Source: an uncultured archaeon
GTDB lineage: Archaea > Asgardarchaeota > Lokiarchaeia > Sigyniarchaeales > SOKP01
Reading direction: 5' to 3'
DNA: 64,000 nt
NCBI GenBank assembly: GCA_964486045.1
Contig: CAZALK010000011.1
Span: 1-64,000, forward strand
Shown here in pieces: positions 52,211 through 61,523 of this stretch. Position 1 is the first letter of the stretch; the number at the start of each line of letters is the position of its first letter. The translations under genes and the position numbers were made by a program. The notes below the pieces were generated by a model. The model was given only the letters and a program-made list of their open reading frames with translations. It ran no database searches and was not told where the DNA came from.

Positions 52211-52318
52211 CTTTTTTTAACCTCCTTTACACAATTTTGGTTTTTATTATTTAATTTTAGATTTTGCAACTAATATTAGAAAGAAGACAATTTGATAAAA
52301 ATATTTGTCTTAAAAGGA

Positions 52319-53302
52319 TTAAAGAGATTCTATTACTCTATAAGCAATATACAAAAAAGCATCATTAACATTTTCACCCGACTTGGCTGATGTAAGAATA
52401 TAGTGGAAATCAAACTTTTTAGCTATATCTCTTATTTCATCTTTACTAATTACTAGTTTATCTGATAAATCAGATTTATTTCCAACTATAACAACAGGAA
52501 TGTTTTTTGGGATTGAAGATTTTATATCATTGTACCATTTTTCAACACTTTTAAGATGATCTGGGCGAGTTCTATCAATTATTATAAATGCCGCATTAGC
52601 ACCATTGTAAAATCTAGCTCTATAAGGAGCCATTTGAAAACTTTGCCCCCCGATGTCCCAAATAATGAAGTTCATCTTATTATCCTCAGTCAAATTAATT
52701 GTCTTCTTCGATATCTGAACACCAATTGTTGAAATATAATCCCTTTTAAACGAATTTTCCACGAATCTTCTAATAAGAGATGTTTTACCTACTTGGTAAT
52801 CACCTGTCAAAATTATTTTATTTGAATATTCACCGGCTAATTTTGGAAGAGCTCCAGCTCTGGTTTTTGCGAGAGCTTTAATAATTTCAGGGATTTCAGT
52901 AGATACGTCCTCATTCCCATCTAGAATTAACTCGATCTTTCCAGCAATATGTTCCGAATATACTTTTAATTCAATATCACTTGTAGATTGATCTGTAACC
53001 GTAGTCAAGATCGATTGTGGACCTTGTGAACAATAGGCAAACTTTCTTTCCCCTGTTGAGGTCATATTAAAAAAATTACCTTGAGACCCAAATTCATCTT
53101 TAATTCGGTCTATGTAATTATCAAGAATAGCGGAAATTGCGCCTAGAACTGAATCTGATTCTTCCTGATTTCCTTCTTTGAATTCTGAAGCGATTATAAA
53201 ACCATCTCTATCGCAAATCGCGACACCTAATATGCCTTCTACTTCTTCGAAGTAATTTTTCAAAATCCCTCTTAAGTGTTTTGCACTTGGGAGTTTTTCC
53301 AT
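52319..53302 (-). CDS. Roadblock/LC7 domain fused to Rab-like small GTPase (paralog of 43027-43971)
   Basis: EGILGVAICDRDGFII, GDYQVGKTS, TIGVQ, WDIGGQ, NKSD and SAK motifs. Confidence 0.88.
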   Translation of the reverse strand: MEKLPSAKHLRGILKNYFEEVEGILGVAICDRDGFIIASEFKEGNQEESDSVLGAISAILDNYIDRIKDEFGSQGNFFNMTSTGERKFAYCSQGPQSILTTVTDQSTSDIELKVYSEHIAGKIELILDGNEDVSTEIPEIIKALAKTRAGALPKLAGEYSNKIILTGDYQVGKTSLIRRFVENSFKRDYISTIGVQISKKTINLTEDNKMNFIIWDIGGQSFQMAPYRARFYNGANAAFIIIDRTRPDHLKSVEKWYNDIKSSIPKNIPVVIVGNKSDLSDKLVISKDEIRDIAKKFDFHYILTSAKSGENVNDAFLYIAYRVIESL

Positions 53303-53449
53303 TTATCCTCAATCTTAAAGTTAGAGATTTTAAGAATATAATATCCTTTAATAATATAAATATAGGTATTTAGATATCACGATAATCATATTACCGAAGA
53401 CATCAGCGTACCATATTATTTTTTATTAGATTTTTAAAAATTATAATTC

Positions 53450-53626
53450 ATGATAAGAGATTCCTCCTTAAAAAATAATACAAGAGATATTGCAAAATTT
53501 GAAGAAAATATTACTAACATCTTAGATCGTGCTGTAAATCTCTTTAGAAGAACAGATCTCCCCGAACTCGCTGATAAATGGGATAAAATCTTAAATACAT
53601 ATCGATCTAAAAAGAAAAGTAGTTAG
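53450..53626 (+). pseudogene. Short helical ORF or C-terminal gene remnant (58 aa)
   Basis: Manual translation MIRDSSLK...ILDRAVNLFRRTDLPELADKWDKILNTYRSKKKSS*. Confidence 0.3.
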
Positions 53627-53710
53627 TTTGGAGTAAAATGTTAACTTTTTAGGATATATTTTTTTCTTTTAATTTTTAACTTTCTTTTAGAGCAAAATTT
53701 CACGATAAAT

Positions 53711-54283
53711 TCATAAAACTCCTTTAGTTGATGGAATCTCTTCTGAGATGACCATTTTTGCTTGTCGGATGGATATTGCTAAAGATTTAAACGCGGCTTC
53801 AACTTTATGGTGCTGATCTTCCCCATAAAGAATATGTAGATGCAGGTTCATTTTAGCATTTTCAGCAAAAGAAGTAAAAAAATGTGTGATATCTTCAACA
53901 GCAACATTTTCTATTTCACATTCATTTAAGTTTAAGTCAAGAATCAAAGCTTGTCGACCACTAAAATCTAATGCACATCTCGCAAGGGTTTCATCCATCG
54001 GAATTAGGGCAGATCCATACCTACATATACCTTTTTTATCACCTAATGCTTTTTGAAAGCATTTTCCTAGTGAGATTCCTATATCTTCAATAATATGATG
54101 ATTTAAATCTCCTGTTGCTTTTACCTTAAGATCACAATTAGAATGTTTTGCTAACAATATTAGCATATGATCCATAAATTTAACACTAGTATCAATTGAA
54201 TTTTCTCCAGAGCCATCCAAATTTAATTCAATTGTTATTTCGGTTTCACTTGTTTTTCTTATAACCTTAGCTGTTCTTCCCAT
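53711..54283 (-). CDS. hisB: Imidazoleglycerol-phosphate dehydratase
   Basis: R.TSET.I, F.DHML, HHIIED.GI, PMDE.L, D.SGR and HHKVEA.FK motifs. Confidence 0.95.
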   Translation of the reverse strand: MGRTAKVIRKTSETEITIELNLDGSGENSIDTSVKFMDHMLILLAKHSNCDLKVKATGDLNHHIIEDIGISLGKCFQKALGDKKGICRYGSALIPMDETLARCALDFSGRQALILDLNLNECEIENVAVEDITHFFTSFAENAKMNLHLHILYGEDQHHKVEAAFKSLAISIRQAKMVISEEIPSTKGVL

Positions 54284-54350
54284 ATTGTTATCACCAAGAA
54301 ATAATATTAAAACAAAGATTATAATTTTTAGGAATTTTCAATCAAGTATC

Positions 54351-55748
54351 ATGTTGAAAATTTCATTCATTGGTGCTGGTTCTTTAATTTTTGGAAGAAA
54401 TGTTATCACTGACATCTTAACGTTCCCTGCTTTTCGCAACAATACAGTAATTTGCCTTGAAGATGTTGATCCAAAGCGTTTAGATTTAATGTTTAACTAT
54501 ATGCAAAAATATAAAGAGTCTTATCCCCAAGACACAGAAGGGATTGTCTTTGAAAAAACAACAAACCAGAAAAAGGCTGTAGAAGATGCAAAATATATTA
54601 TTAATGCGGTTCATATTGGTGGCTTAGATGCTTTTAAATTAGATATAGAAATACCCTTTAAGTATGGTGTAACACAATGTGTTGGAGATACACTAGGTCC
54701 TGGTGGTGTTTTTCGTTTCCTAAGAAGTGTTCTATTTTTTAAATCACTTTTGAAAGATATTAAAGATGTTGGATACAATCCAAGAAAATCTGAGACAAAA
54801 CCATTAATCCTAAATTATACCAATCCCATGGCAATCAACACTTGGTTTTGTAATATTGTTTCACCAGATTCTACTATTGGATTATGTCATGGAGTACAAG
54901 GAACTGCTGCTTTATTAAGGGATTTAATTAGTTCGGAGAAATCAATTGAATTGTCTAATAGAGATTTTAGTTATATGTGTGCAGGTATTAATCATATGGC
55001 TTGGTTTCTGGAAGCTAAATATCGAAATCCTGAAATTCTTAATGGAGCTTGGATAGATGCTTATCCAGTTTTAAATAAAATAATAAAAAACAAACCTAAA
55101 TCTGTGTTAACAGAAAAACTCCGTTTTGACATGATGAAAGCAACAGGTTATTTTATGACGGAATCCTCTGGACATCTCAGTGAATATCTTCCTTACTACC
55201 GAAAGAGAGAAGATCTTTTAGAAAAGTATAAAGGAGGTAACAAAGGACATAGAAGTCTGAAACATTCAGAAGATTATAACATGCAATTTATACAACAAGG
55301 TGATATGGAAGAAAATTTCAAGAAGAGAATGGCGAATAAAACATTAAAATATAAAGAGAAACCCTCAGGAGAATATGCTTCCAGGATAATTAATGCTCTG
55401 GAAACAGGTAGGCCATTCCGATTTAATGGGAATATATTAAATAAGGAGAGGGCTTTTATTACCAATCTCCCAATAGACTGCTGTGTTGAAATGTCAGTAT
55501 TCGCAGATAGACATGGATTACATCCTCAGGGGGGAATAAAACTACCTACTATCTGTCAAGCGTTATGTATGTCAAATATCATGGTACAAAAAGCAGCTGT
55601 AGAAGGGGCGGTTGAATTAAATAAGGATAAGATTTTTCATGCTGTGATGTTAGATCCAAATACTGCCAGCGTTAGTTCTCCTACTGAAATTCAAGAGATG
55701 GTTGATGAGATGTTCGAAAAGGAAGCAAAATGGATACCGCAATTTTAA
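54351..55748 (+). CDS. Glycoside hydrolase family 4 (alpha-galactosidase/glucosidase)
   Basis: KISFIGAGS, GDTLGPGG, NYTNPM, GLCHG, GINH and ESSGHLSEY motifs. The ATG at 54351 is preferred over the tracked 54285 start. Confidence 0.92.
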   Translation: MLKISFIGAGSLIFGRNVITDILTFPAFRNNTVICLEDVDPKRLDLMFNYMQKYKESYPQDTEGIVFEKTTNQKKAVEDAKYIINAVHIGGLDAFKLDIEIPFKYGVTQCVGDTLGPGGVFRFLRSVLFFKSLLKDIKDVGYNPRKSETKPLILNYTNPMAINTWFCNIVSPDSTIGLCHGVQGTAALLRDLISSEKSIELSNRDFSYMCAGINHMAWFLEAKYRNPEILNGAWIDAYPVLNKIIKNKPKSVLTEKLRFDMMKATGYFMTESSGHLSEYLPYYRKREDLLEKYKGGNKGHRSLKHSEDYNMQFIQQGDMEENFKKRMANKTLKYKEKPSGEYASRIINALETGRPFRFNGNILNKERAFITNLPIDCCVEMSVFADRHGLHPQGGIKLPTICQALCMSNIMVQKAAVEGAVELNKDKIFHAVMLDPNTASVSSPTEIQEMVDEMFEKEAKWIPQF

Positions 55749-57640
55749 CGATTCATAAATTCTAAAATATGTTGTTTATGTGATTCTGGAATTGTGTAAA
55801 TAATAAATACAAGATCGTCTACAATTTTTTGTATTTGTCTTATTTTTTTGTCACTTTTTTCATTAGAATTCAATAAGATTTTAGTGTTTTCTATTATTTT
55901 TGACGCTATTTTTCTTTCCTCTTTACTCTCAGGAACTTTTATAGGGAGATCTTTAATTTTTTCAATCAAAATTCGTGGAAACAGCTTTTTATAAGAACCA
56001 AATAATTGGGTAAAATAATAAGATAAGAGTAAAGAATTAAGTATTCCAAGTAAATATATATTGTTAAACTCCTTGACAGGAGATTGACAGACTTTTAAAT
56101 TATAGAAAGACTGAGATGTAAAAGATAAATTTTTATCATATGTGGCACATATAAGGTTCTTTTGGCTCAATTGTCTAATTATTATTCTATCATTATAGAT
56201 TTCCAAGTTCTTATAATTAATACCAATTTTGTTTGTGTTGATATATTTATATTCTTTTATCTCATATCGGTTTAATGAATAGATAAACAATTTAAATATG
56301 CCTTTATCTTCTATAGGAACGGAATCAGATATTATCTTTTCAATACTTTCTCGCTTTAGATCACATTTGCAATTAGGGCATATTAAATCTTTTTTGGGTA
56401 AAGGGATAAATTTTTGACAATCAATACAGAAAATAATCTTTCCTGTCTTAGTTAGTTCCACACCTCTGCTTAATAAAATTCTAAAATCCTTTTTTGTTAT
56501 TAACTCATTCAATTTAGGGTTTTTCTTGTTTAAATTACTAAGAATTGAGATATCAATATCATCAATATCGATTAAAAATTTAAAATTCCAATTCTTGAAA
56601 GAACTTTGGAGAATCTTATTTTGCTGTAGATCTCTTGTTTTTGTGTCAATCCAGTTCTTTTCCCTGTTATTAACATATTTCTCTTTTTCCATAATAATAA
56701 TTATGTTTGAAACCACGGACATATGGAACGAAGGTCCAATATGATAAATCTCTTTAATCTTTGTGTGATCATAAATATATTTTCTAATTATTGAACGATT
56801 TGATAAAGCTAGCAAGGAATCTGGGACAATATATCCAAGTAGACCCTTATTTTTTAGAAATTTAATTCCCAGTTCAATAAAAATTTGAAAATAATCATAT
56901 TGACCCTTATTTGTGTAAAAACAATTCTCTTTAATTATCCGTTTCTGCTCTTGTGGAATATCCCTTATAAATAAATATGGTGGATTGCCCACTACAAAGT
57001 CAAATTGGTCTGTTTCTGTGATTATTAAAGCATTTTGGTTTTTTATATTAAAAATAGGAAAATGGTAATCGCTTTCCTCAATTCGGATTTCCTTCAAGAA
57101 TTCGAAAAGAATAAAATGAATATGGATTTGGCACAATATACAAGCAATTGGATTTATATCTATACCATAAATATTTTGTTTAACACTCGAGACTATTAAT
57201 CTAGCTCTTTCAGCAATTGAACCTAAATTTTCCCATCCCTTGCAATTTTTATAAAATCTATTAATTAAAACTCTGATGGCTTGAGCAAGAAAGCTTCCTG
57301 AACCACAGCTTATATCAATTAATTTTTTATTTTCAATTTTTTTTTTAGGATTAAATCCTACAGCTTCTAAAATATAACTCACAATTTGATTTGGTGTATA
57401 GAATTCGCCTAATTTTTTACGTTCCTTGGGAGAAATTTTCTGCTCATATTCATTCCCAAAAATATCAGGATGAGTAATCGATAAATCAAAATTTCTGCTA
57501 AAATCTGTTAAAGGATGGTCATTTCCACAAATATTCTTCAAATATTCTTCTAGAACGCATTTTAGATGTGGAACCTTATAATGTTCTATAAGTTTCTGAA
57601 TAATTTTGTCTTTCCTCAAATAGTCGAAGAAATCTTTCAT
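55745..57640 (-). CDS. Gamma-class N6-adenine DNA methyltransferase (Eco57I/TaqI-like) with C-terminal target recognition domain
   Basis: GEFYTP, DISCGSGSFL, VVGNPPY and TaqI_C-like YLLGILNS...IK.LPI motifs. Confidence 0.88.
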   Translation of the reverse strand: MKDFFDYLRKDKIIQKLIEHYKVPHLKCVLEEYLKNICGNDHPLTDFSRNFDLSITHPDIFGNEYEQKISPKERKKLGEFYTPNQIVSYILEAVGFNPKKKIENKKLIDISCGSGSFLAQAIRVLINRFYKNCKGWENLGSIAERARLIVSSVKQNIYGIDINPIACILCQIHIHFILFEFLKEIRIEESDYHFPIFNIKNQNALIITETDQFDFVVGNPPYLFIRDIPQEQKRIIKENCFYTNKGQYDYFQIFIELGIKFLKNKGLLGYIVPDSLLALSNRSIIRKYIYDHTKIKEIYHIGPSFHMSVVSNIIIIMEKEKYVNNREKNWIDTKTRDLQQNKILQSSFKNWNFKFLIDIDDIDISILSNLNKKNPKLNELITKKDFRILLSRGVELTKTGKIIFCIDCQKFIPLPKKDLICPNCKCDLKRESIEKIISDSVPIEDKGIFKLFIYSLNRYEIKEYKYINTNKIGINYKNLEIYNDRIIIRQLSQKNLICATYDKNLSFTSQSFYNLKVCQSPVKEFNNIYLLGILNSLLLSYYFTQLFGSYKKLFPRILIEKIKDLPIKVPESKEERKIASKIIENTKILLNSNEKSDKKIRQIQKIVDDLVFIIYTIPESHKQHILEFMNR

Positions 57641-57857
57641 ACGGGATTAAATGAATAAGTTCTTTTCTATTATTATTGTTTTTATTTATTTCTTTTTTAT
57701 TATTTGCTATTTAATAAAACAGCTTATTTGATTCGGGAAATAAAGTATGAATTGTAGTGACTTTGTAATGTAATATTTGATATAATACATATTTATATAA
57801 TATTGATATATATATCCTTTAGCTGAACAAAGAAATCATCTCCAACGAGGGAGTATA

Positions 57858-58979
57858 ATGATTCCGATAAGTATTTTTCCTATGATAGTTTCAATCGTGA
57901 TTTCTATGATTGGTATTATATACAGTTATTTAAATCGGGAGAATTATGGGACTTTGTTGAATGTCTCGCTAAATATTCTGCTTTATCTCTTTTTAGGAGT
58001 AATATTTTCAATATTATATGTTCTTTCTGCATACGTAGATTTAAATATAAGCACAGCGTTATTGATTTGGAAAATTTCAATTATTTTTTGGACGATTTCT
58101 ATAAGCCTTTTAAGCCTCCTTCAAGTTGCTGTTATTAGGTTCAAAAATTTAACACCGCTCCCCTCTATTTTCTACGCCTTAATAGGGGGTTTTGTTATAA
58201 GCCAATTATATCTTTCAAATTCAATTGAAATTCTCGAAGGTTCCGACTCTCATTATTATTTTGTATTTAATAATTGGTTGTTCCCGTTTTCTCTTATTAC
58301 ATTTAATATAATGATCGTAACTATTATGTGGTATAATTTTACTTCCAATTTCTCGAGTTTTCGAGATAAAGCAAGAGGTAGAAATTTAGGTTTTCTTACT
58401 ATTCACTTTACACTAATTATATTCATTTATTCCCTGCATCTGATTTTTCAAAGTATTATTTTTAGATATCTTTATTTAATAGTTTACCTAATTGGGTCAT
58501 TAATTGCAACGTATAATATATTCAAGCGACCTACTTTGTTTTTTGAGTTGACAAATAAAATTTTTGATTTCATTATTTTCCACAAGAGTGGAATTCTTTT
58601 ATATTCATATAATTTTGAAACAGGAAAGGAAACAGATGAATCTCTACTTAAAGGTTCAATATTAATAGGAATAAATCATATTCTCTCTAATTTCATAGAC
58701 AAAAAAGATCAATTAAATCTTATCAAAATGAAGGAAAGGGAAATTGTTTTTGAATATGATAATACTCATGGGTATGCTATTCTCTTGACAACCAATCATA
58801 GAAATAATTTCATAGAAAAAGCAGTTAGTAGTTTTATGGAAAAATTTACAAAATTGAATAAAGAAAAATTGAAAAGCATGCAAGGTATTATAGATATTTC
58901 AGAATTTAAGAATGCTAGGGAATTAATTCTCGAAAATTTTGACCCCTATATCTCAAATGATTTAAAGTCTAAGAATTAA
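57858..58979 (+). CDS. Seven-TM membrane protein with C-terminal longin-like domain
   Basis: Seven hydrophobic segments by eye, then a soluble domain FIIFHKSGILLYSYNF...ILIGINHIL...F.EKF. Confidence 0.7.
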   Translation: MIPISIFPMIVSIVISMIGIIYSYLNRENYGTLLNVSLNILLYLFLGVIFSILYVLSAYVDLNISTALLIWKISIIFWTISISLLSLLQVAVIRFKNLTPLPSIFYALIGGFVISQLYLSNSIEILEGSDSHYYFVFNNWLFPFSLITFNIMIVTIMWYNFTSNFSSFRDKARGRNLGFLTIHFTLIIFIYSLHLIFQSIIFRYLYLIVYLIGSLIATYNIFKRPTLFFELTNKIFDFIIFHKSGILLYSYNFETGKETDESLLKGSILIGINHILSNFIDKKDQLNLIKMKEREIVFEYDNTHGYAILLTTNHRNNFIEKAVSSFMEKFTKLNKEKLKSMQGIIDISEFKNARELILENFDPYISNDLKSKN

Positions 58980-59180
58980 TTACAATTATTTCTTTTTAAT
59001 TATTTTTCCAAGCCGAAGCTATTGATTGTATTTTAACAAATGAATGTTTCGGAAGAAAAACCTTAATTATAAAATTTGAATCTATTCTATCTATCAGAGC
59101 TATGTTTTAAAAGAATAAATTTAAGTTATTCCCAAATATAATAGTAATAGAATACGTGAATTCCTCCCTTTAAATTAACC

Positions 59181-60326
59181 ATGAATGTATTATTTTTTAT
59201 TTTATTGGCAATTGGGTATATTTTCATTTTTTGTATATGTATTTTTACCCTAATTCATTTAATTCGTTTTAAAGAAAAATTTGGGGTGAAACTAATTGCC
59301 TATATTAATTTTTTAGCAGTGTTCATTGCAATAATAATATACTCATCCTTATATTTTACATCTATTACAATATATTTTTCAGAGAGTCTGAATTTAATTC
59401 TGTGGAAACTTTCAATTGCTTCAGGAATTTTAAGTTTCTTATTTATTTCTCTTATGTTCACCTTCTTAAAAGAATTTAAGAAAATCCCTGATTTTCCATT
59501 TTTATATTTCTTGACACTTTTTGGGTTTTTGATAGGTTTTTTATTTTTTCCTGATTCAATAAAAATAAATAGTAGTATTTCTAATTCTCCCCCTTTCCTC
59601 CAAATAAACTCATCTACTGTTAATTATTCTTTTAGTGTTATAGTTAAGATTATAATTATTCTTTTTTATGGCTCCATCCTGATTTATTTTTCCTTTCTCA
59701 CAATTATGATTAATCAAAGAACATGGAATGAAGAAAGAGCAAAGAAAATGATTCTAAATACAGTAATTTTTAGCTTCCCAATATTATCGCTCATCTTACA
59801 CATTTTGTCAGAACTTCCAGTTTTTAGAGAAATGCATATTCTATTTTTTTGGATTACACTGTTGGGGATATGTATAACCTTGCTTAAAAAGCCAGAAATG
59901 TTTATAGAATTAACAAACCAGATTTATTATATTAATATCTATCATAAATCAGGGATTTTACTCTACTCTTATCAATTTGATCAAACTAAAAGTGAAACAG
60001 ATTCAGCCATATGGGGAAATATTCTTATTGGGTTAAATCAAATTTTATCTGAATTTGTAGATAAACAAAATCAAATCGATGTTCTTCAAACGAAGAACAC
60101 GGATATAATTGTGCATTATGACGACTTTGGGTTTGCTGTTGTTTTGATTGCAAAAAAAAAAAATATCATCCTTCAAAATCTAATGAAGAAATTTACTGTA
60201 GAATTTAGAGATAAATATAAAGAAGAATTGCTTGAAATTCAAGATCTTAACAAATTGATTAATGTTTCTGGGTTTACTGAAACAAAAGAACTAATAGAAA
60301 AAGGATTTCAACTTTACATTTCGTAA
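59181..60326 (+). CDS. Seven-TM membrane protein with C-terminal longin-like domain (tandem paralog)
   Basis: Same architecture. Shares LWK.SI, P..F.ELTN.I, HKSGILLYSY.F and ILIG.N.ILS.F.DK..Q with 57858. Confidence 0.7.
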   Translation: MNVLFFILLAIGYIFIFCICIFTLIHLIRFKEKFGVKLIAYINFLAVFIAIIIYSSLYFTSITIYFSESLNLILWKLSIASGILSFLFISLMFTFLKEFKKIPDFPFLYFLTLFGFLIGFLFFPDSIKINSSISNSPPFLQINSSTVNYSFSVIVKIIIILFYGSILIYFSFLTIMINQRTWNEERAKKMILNTVIFSFPILSLILHILSELPVFREMHILFFWITLLGICITLLKKPEMFIELTNQIYYINIYHKSGILLYSYQFDQTKSETDSAIWGNILIGLNQILSEFVDKQNQIDVLQTKNTDIIVHYDDFGFAVVLIAKKKNIILQNLMKKFTVEFRDKYKEELLEIQDLNKLINVSGFTETKELIEKGFQLYIS

Positions 60327-60469
60327 TATTTATAGTTCAGTCTAAATGGTATTCGCTTTTATATTAATAATTTATTAAAATTGGACTATACAACTATTTA
60401 ACAATTCATAAATTAAAAACTCTTAAGTAAAAAAAACAAGTCTAATAATATCAATTTGGTGTTCTTAAA

Positions 60470-61090
60470 ATGGCATTAAAATTTTGCCCTAAATGTGGAA
60501 ATAAGTTGGACCCAGAGGCATCTTTTTGTAACACTTGTGGAGCAGACTTGAAAATTAAAACAGGCCCACCTGTTGTTACATCTCTTGTCGCTAAGACTCC
60601 TGAATTAAAACAAACTGCTGAAAAACAAGAGTCTATAACCGAAACTGTGATTTATGCGTACTTTTTGAAAAGAGTAATTGCAATATTCTTCGACACTATT
60701 ATAATCGGAATTGTCGGATCGTTCCTTTCGTGGATCATTATCAATCCCTTGGTCACTATTAATTTCTTTGATCCTTTAGGATTTACTTTAGGAGCATGGT
60801 GGTTCACTTTCCCTTTTGATTGGCTAGCCGGATTTTTGTACCACTGGCTTTTAGAGACACATAATAATGGTCAAACAATTGGAAAAATGGCAATGAGTAT
60901 TAGAACTGTTGATGAAAAAACTCTCGGACCAGCAAACTCAAAGAATCTAGCCCTAAGTAATATTTTCAAGAGTTCTCCATTTCTCATTTTAGATTTGATT
61001 ATAGGCGTTCTTAAAAATACAGGTGATCCTAAGAAAAGAATAAGAATTATGCAAAATGTCTCAGAAACAGTCGTAATTTTATCTAGATAA
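60470..61090 (+). CDS. Zinc-ribbon plus RDD family membrane protein
   Basis: FCPKCG...FCNTCG, KRVIA..FD and GQTIGK motifs. Confidence 0.85.
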   Translation: MALKFCPKCGNKLDPEASFCNTCGADLKIKTGPPVVTSLVAKTPELKQTAEKQESITETVIYAYFLKRVIAIFFDTIIIGIVGSFLSWIIINPLVTINFFDPLGFTLGAWWFTFPFDWLAGFLYHWLLETHNNGQTIGKMAMSIRTVDEKTLGPANSKNLALSNIFKSSPFLILDLIIGVLKNTGDPKKRIRIMQNVSETVVILSR

Positions 61091-61205
61091 AATTTTACAC
61101 CAATTCTACACCTATTTTTTTTTCTTTACTTTATTTTTTTAAGTAATCAGAAATCTGTATGATCCTCAATATTTATATAGGTGAATTTATATAAATTAAC
61201 TCAGT

Positions 61206-61406
61206 ATGCAAACATATCAAGATTATCAATGGGCTCATGATTGGAATATTATTGTGAAGATATTTGACACCATTGATGATTTAAAATCACAATTTAAACA
61301 ATTAGATGTTACCTATTTGCGTGAAATTCAACAAAAAATCATAGTTTTAAACCTTGAAAAATATGCTTTTTCTTTGCAAAACTATATTATTCAGAAATAT
61401 TCGTGA
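61206..61406 (+). CDS. Small hypothetical protein
   Basis: 66-aa ORF filling an intergenic gap, with an upstream AT-rich TATA-like sequence. Confidence 0.55.
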   Translation: MQTYQDYQWAHDWNIIVKIFDTIDDLKSQFKQLDVTYLREIQQKIIVLNLEKYAFSLQNYIIQKYS

Positions 61407-61523
61407 GAATAAATTACTTGATTTTTTTAAATGATAACACTTTAGTCTAATTTCAAATTGTGGAAATCTATATTAAGTAATCCTTCAAATATATATAGAA
61501 AGTTACTAAGTTGTGACTAATTT

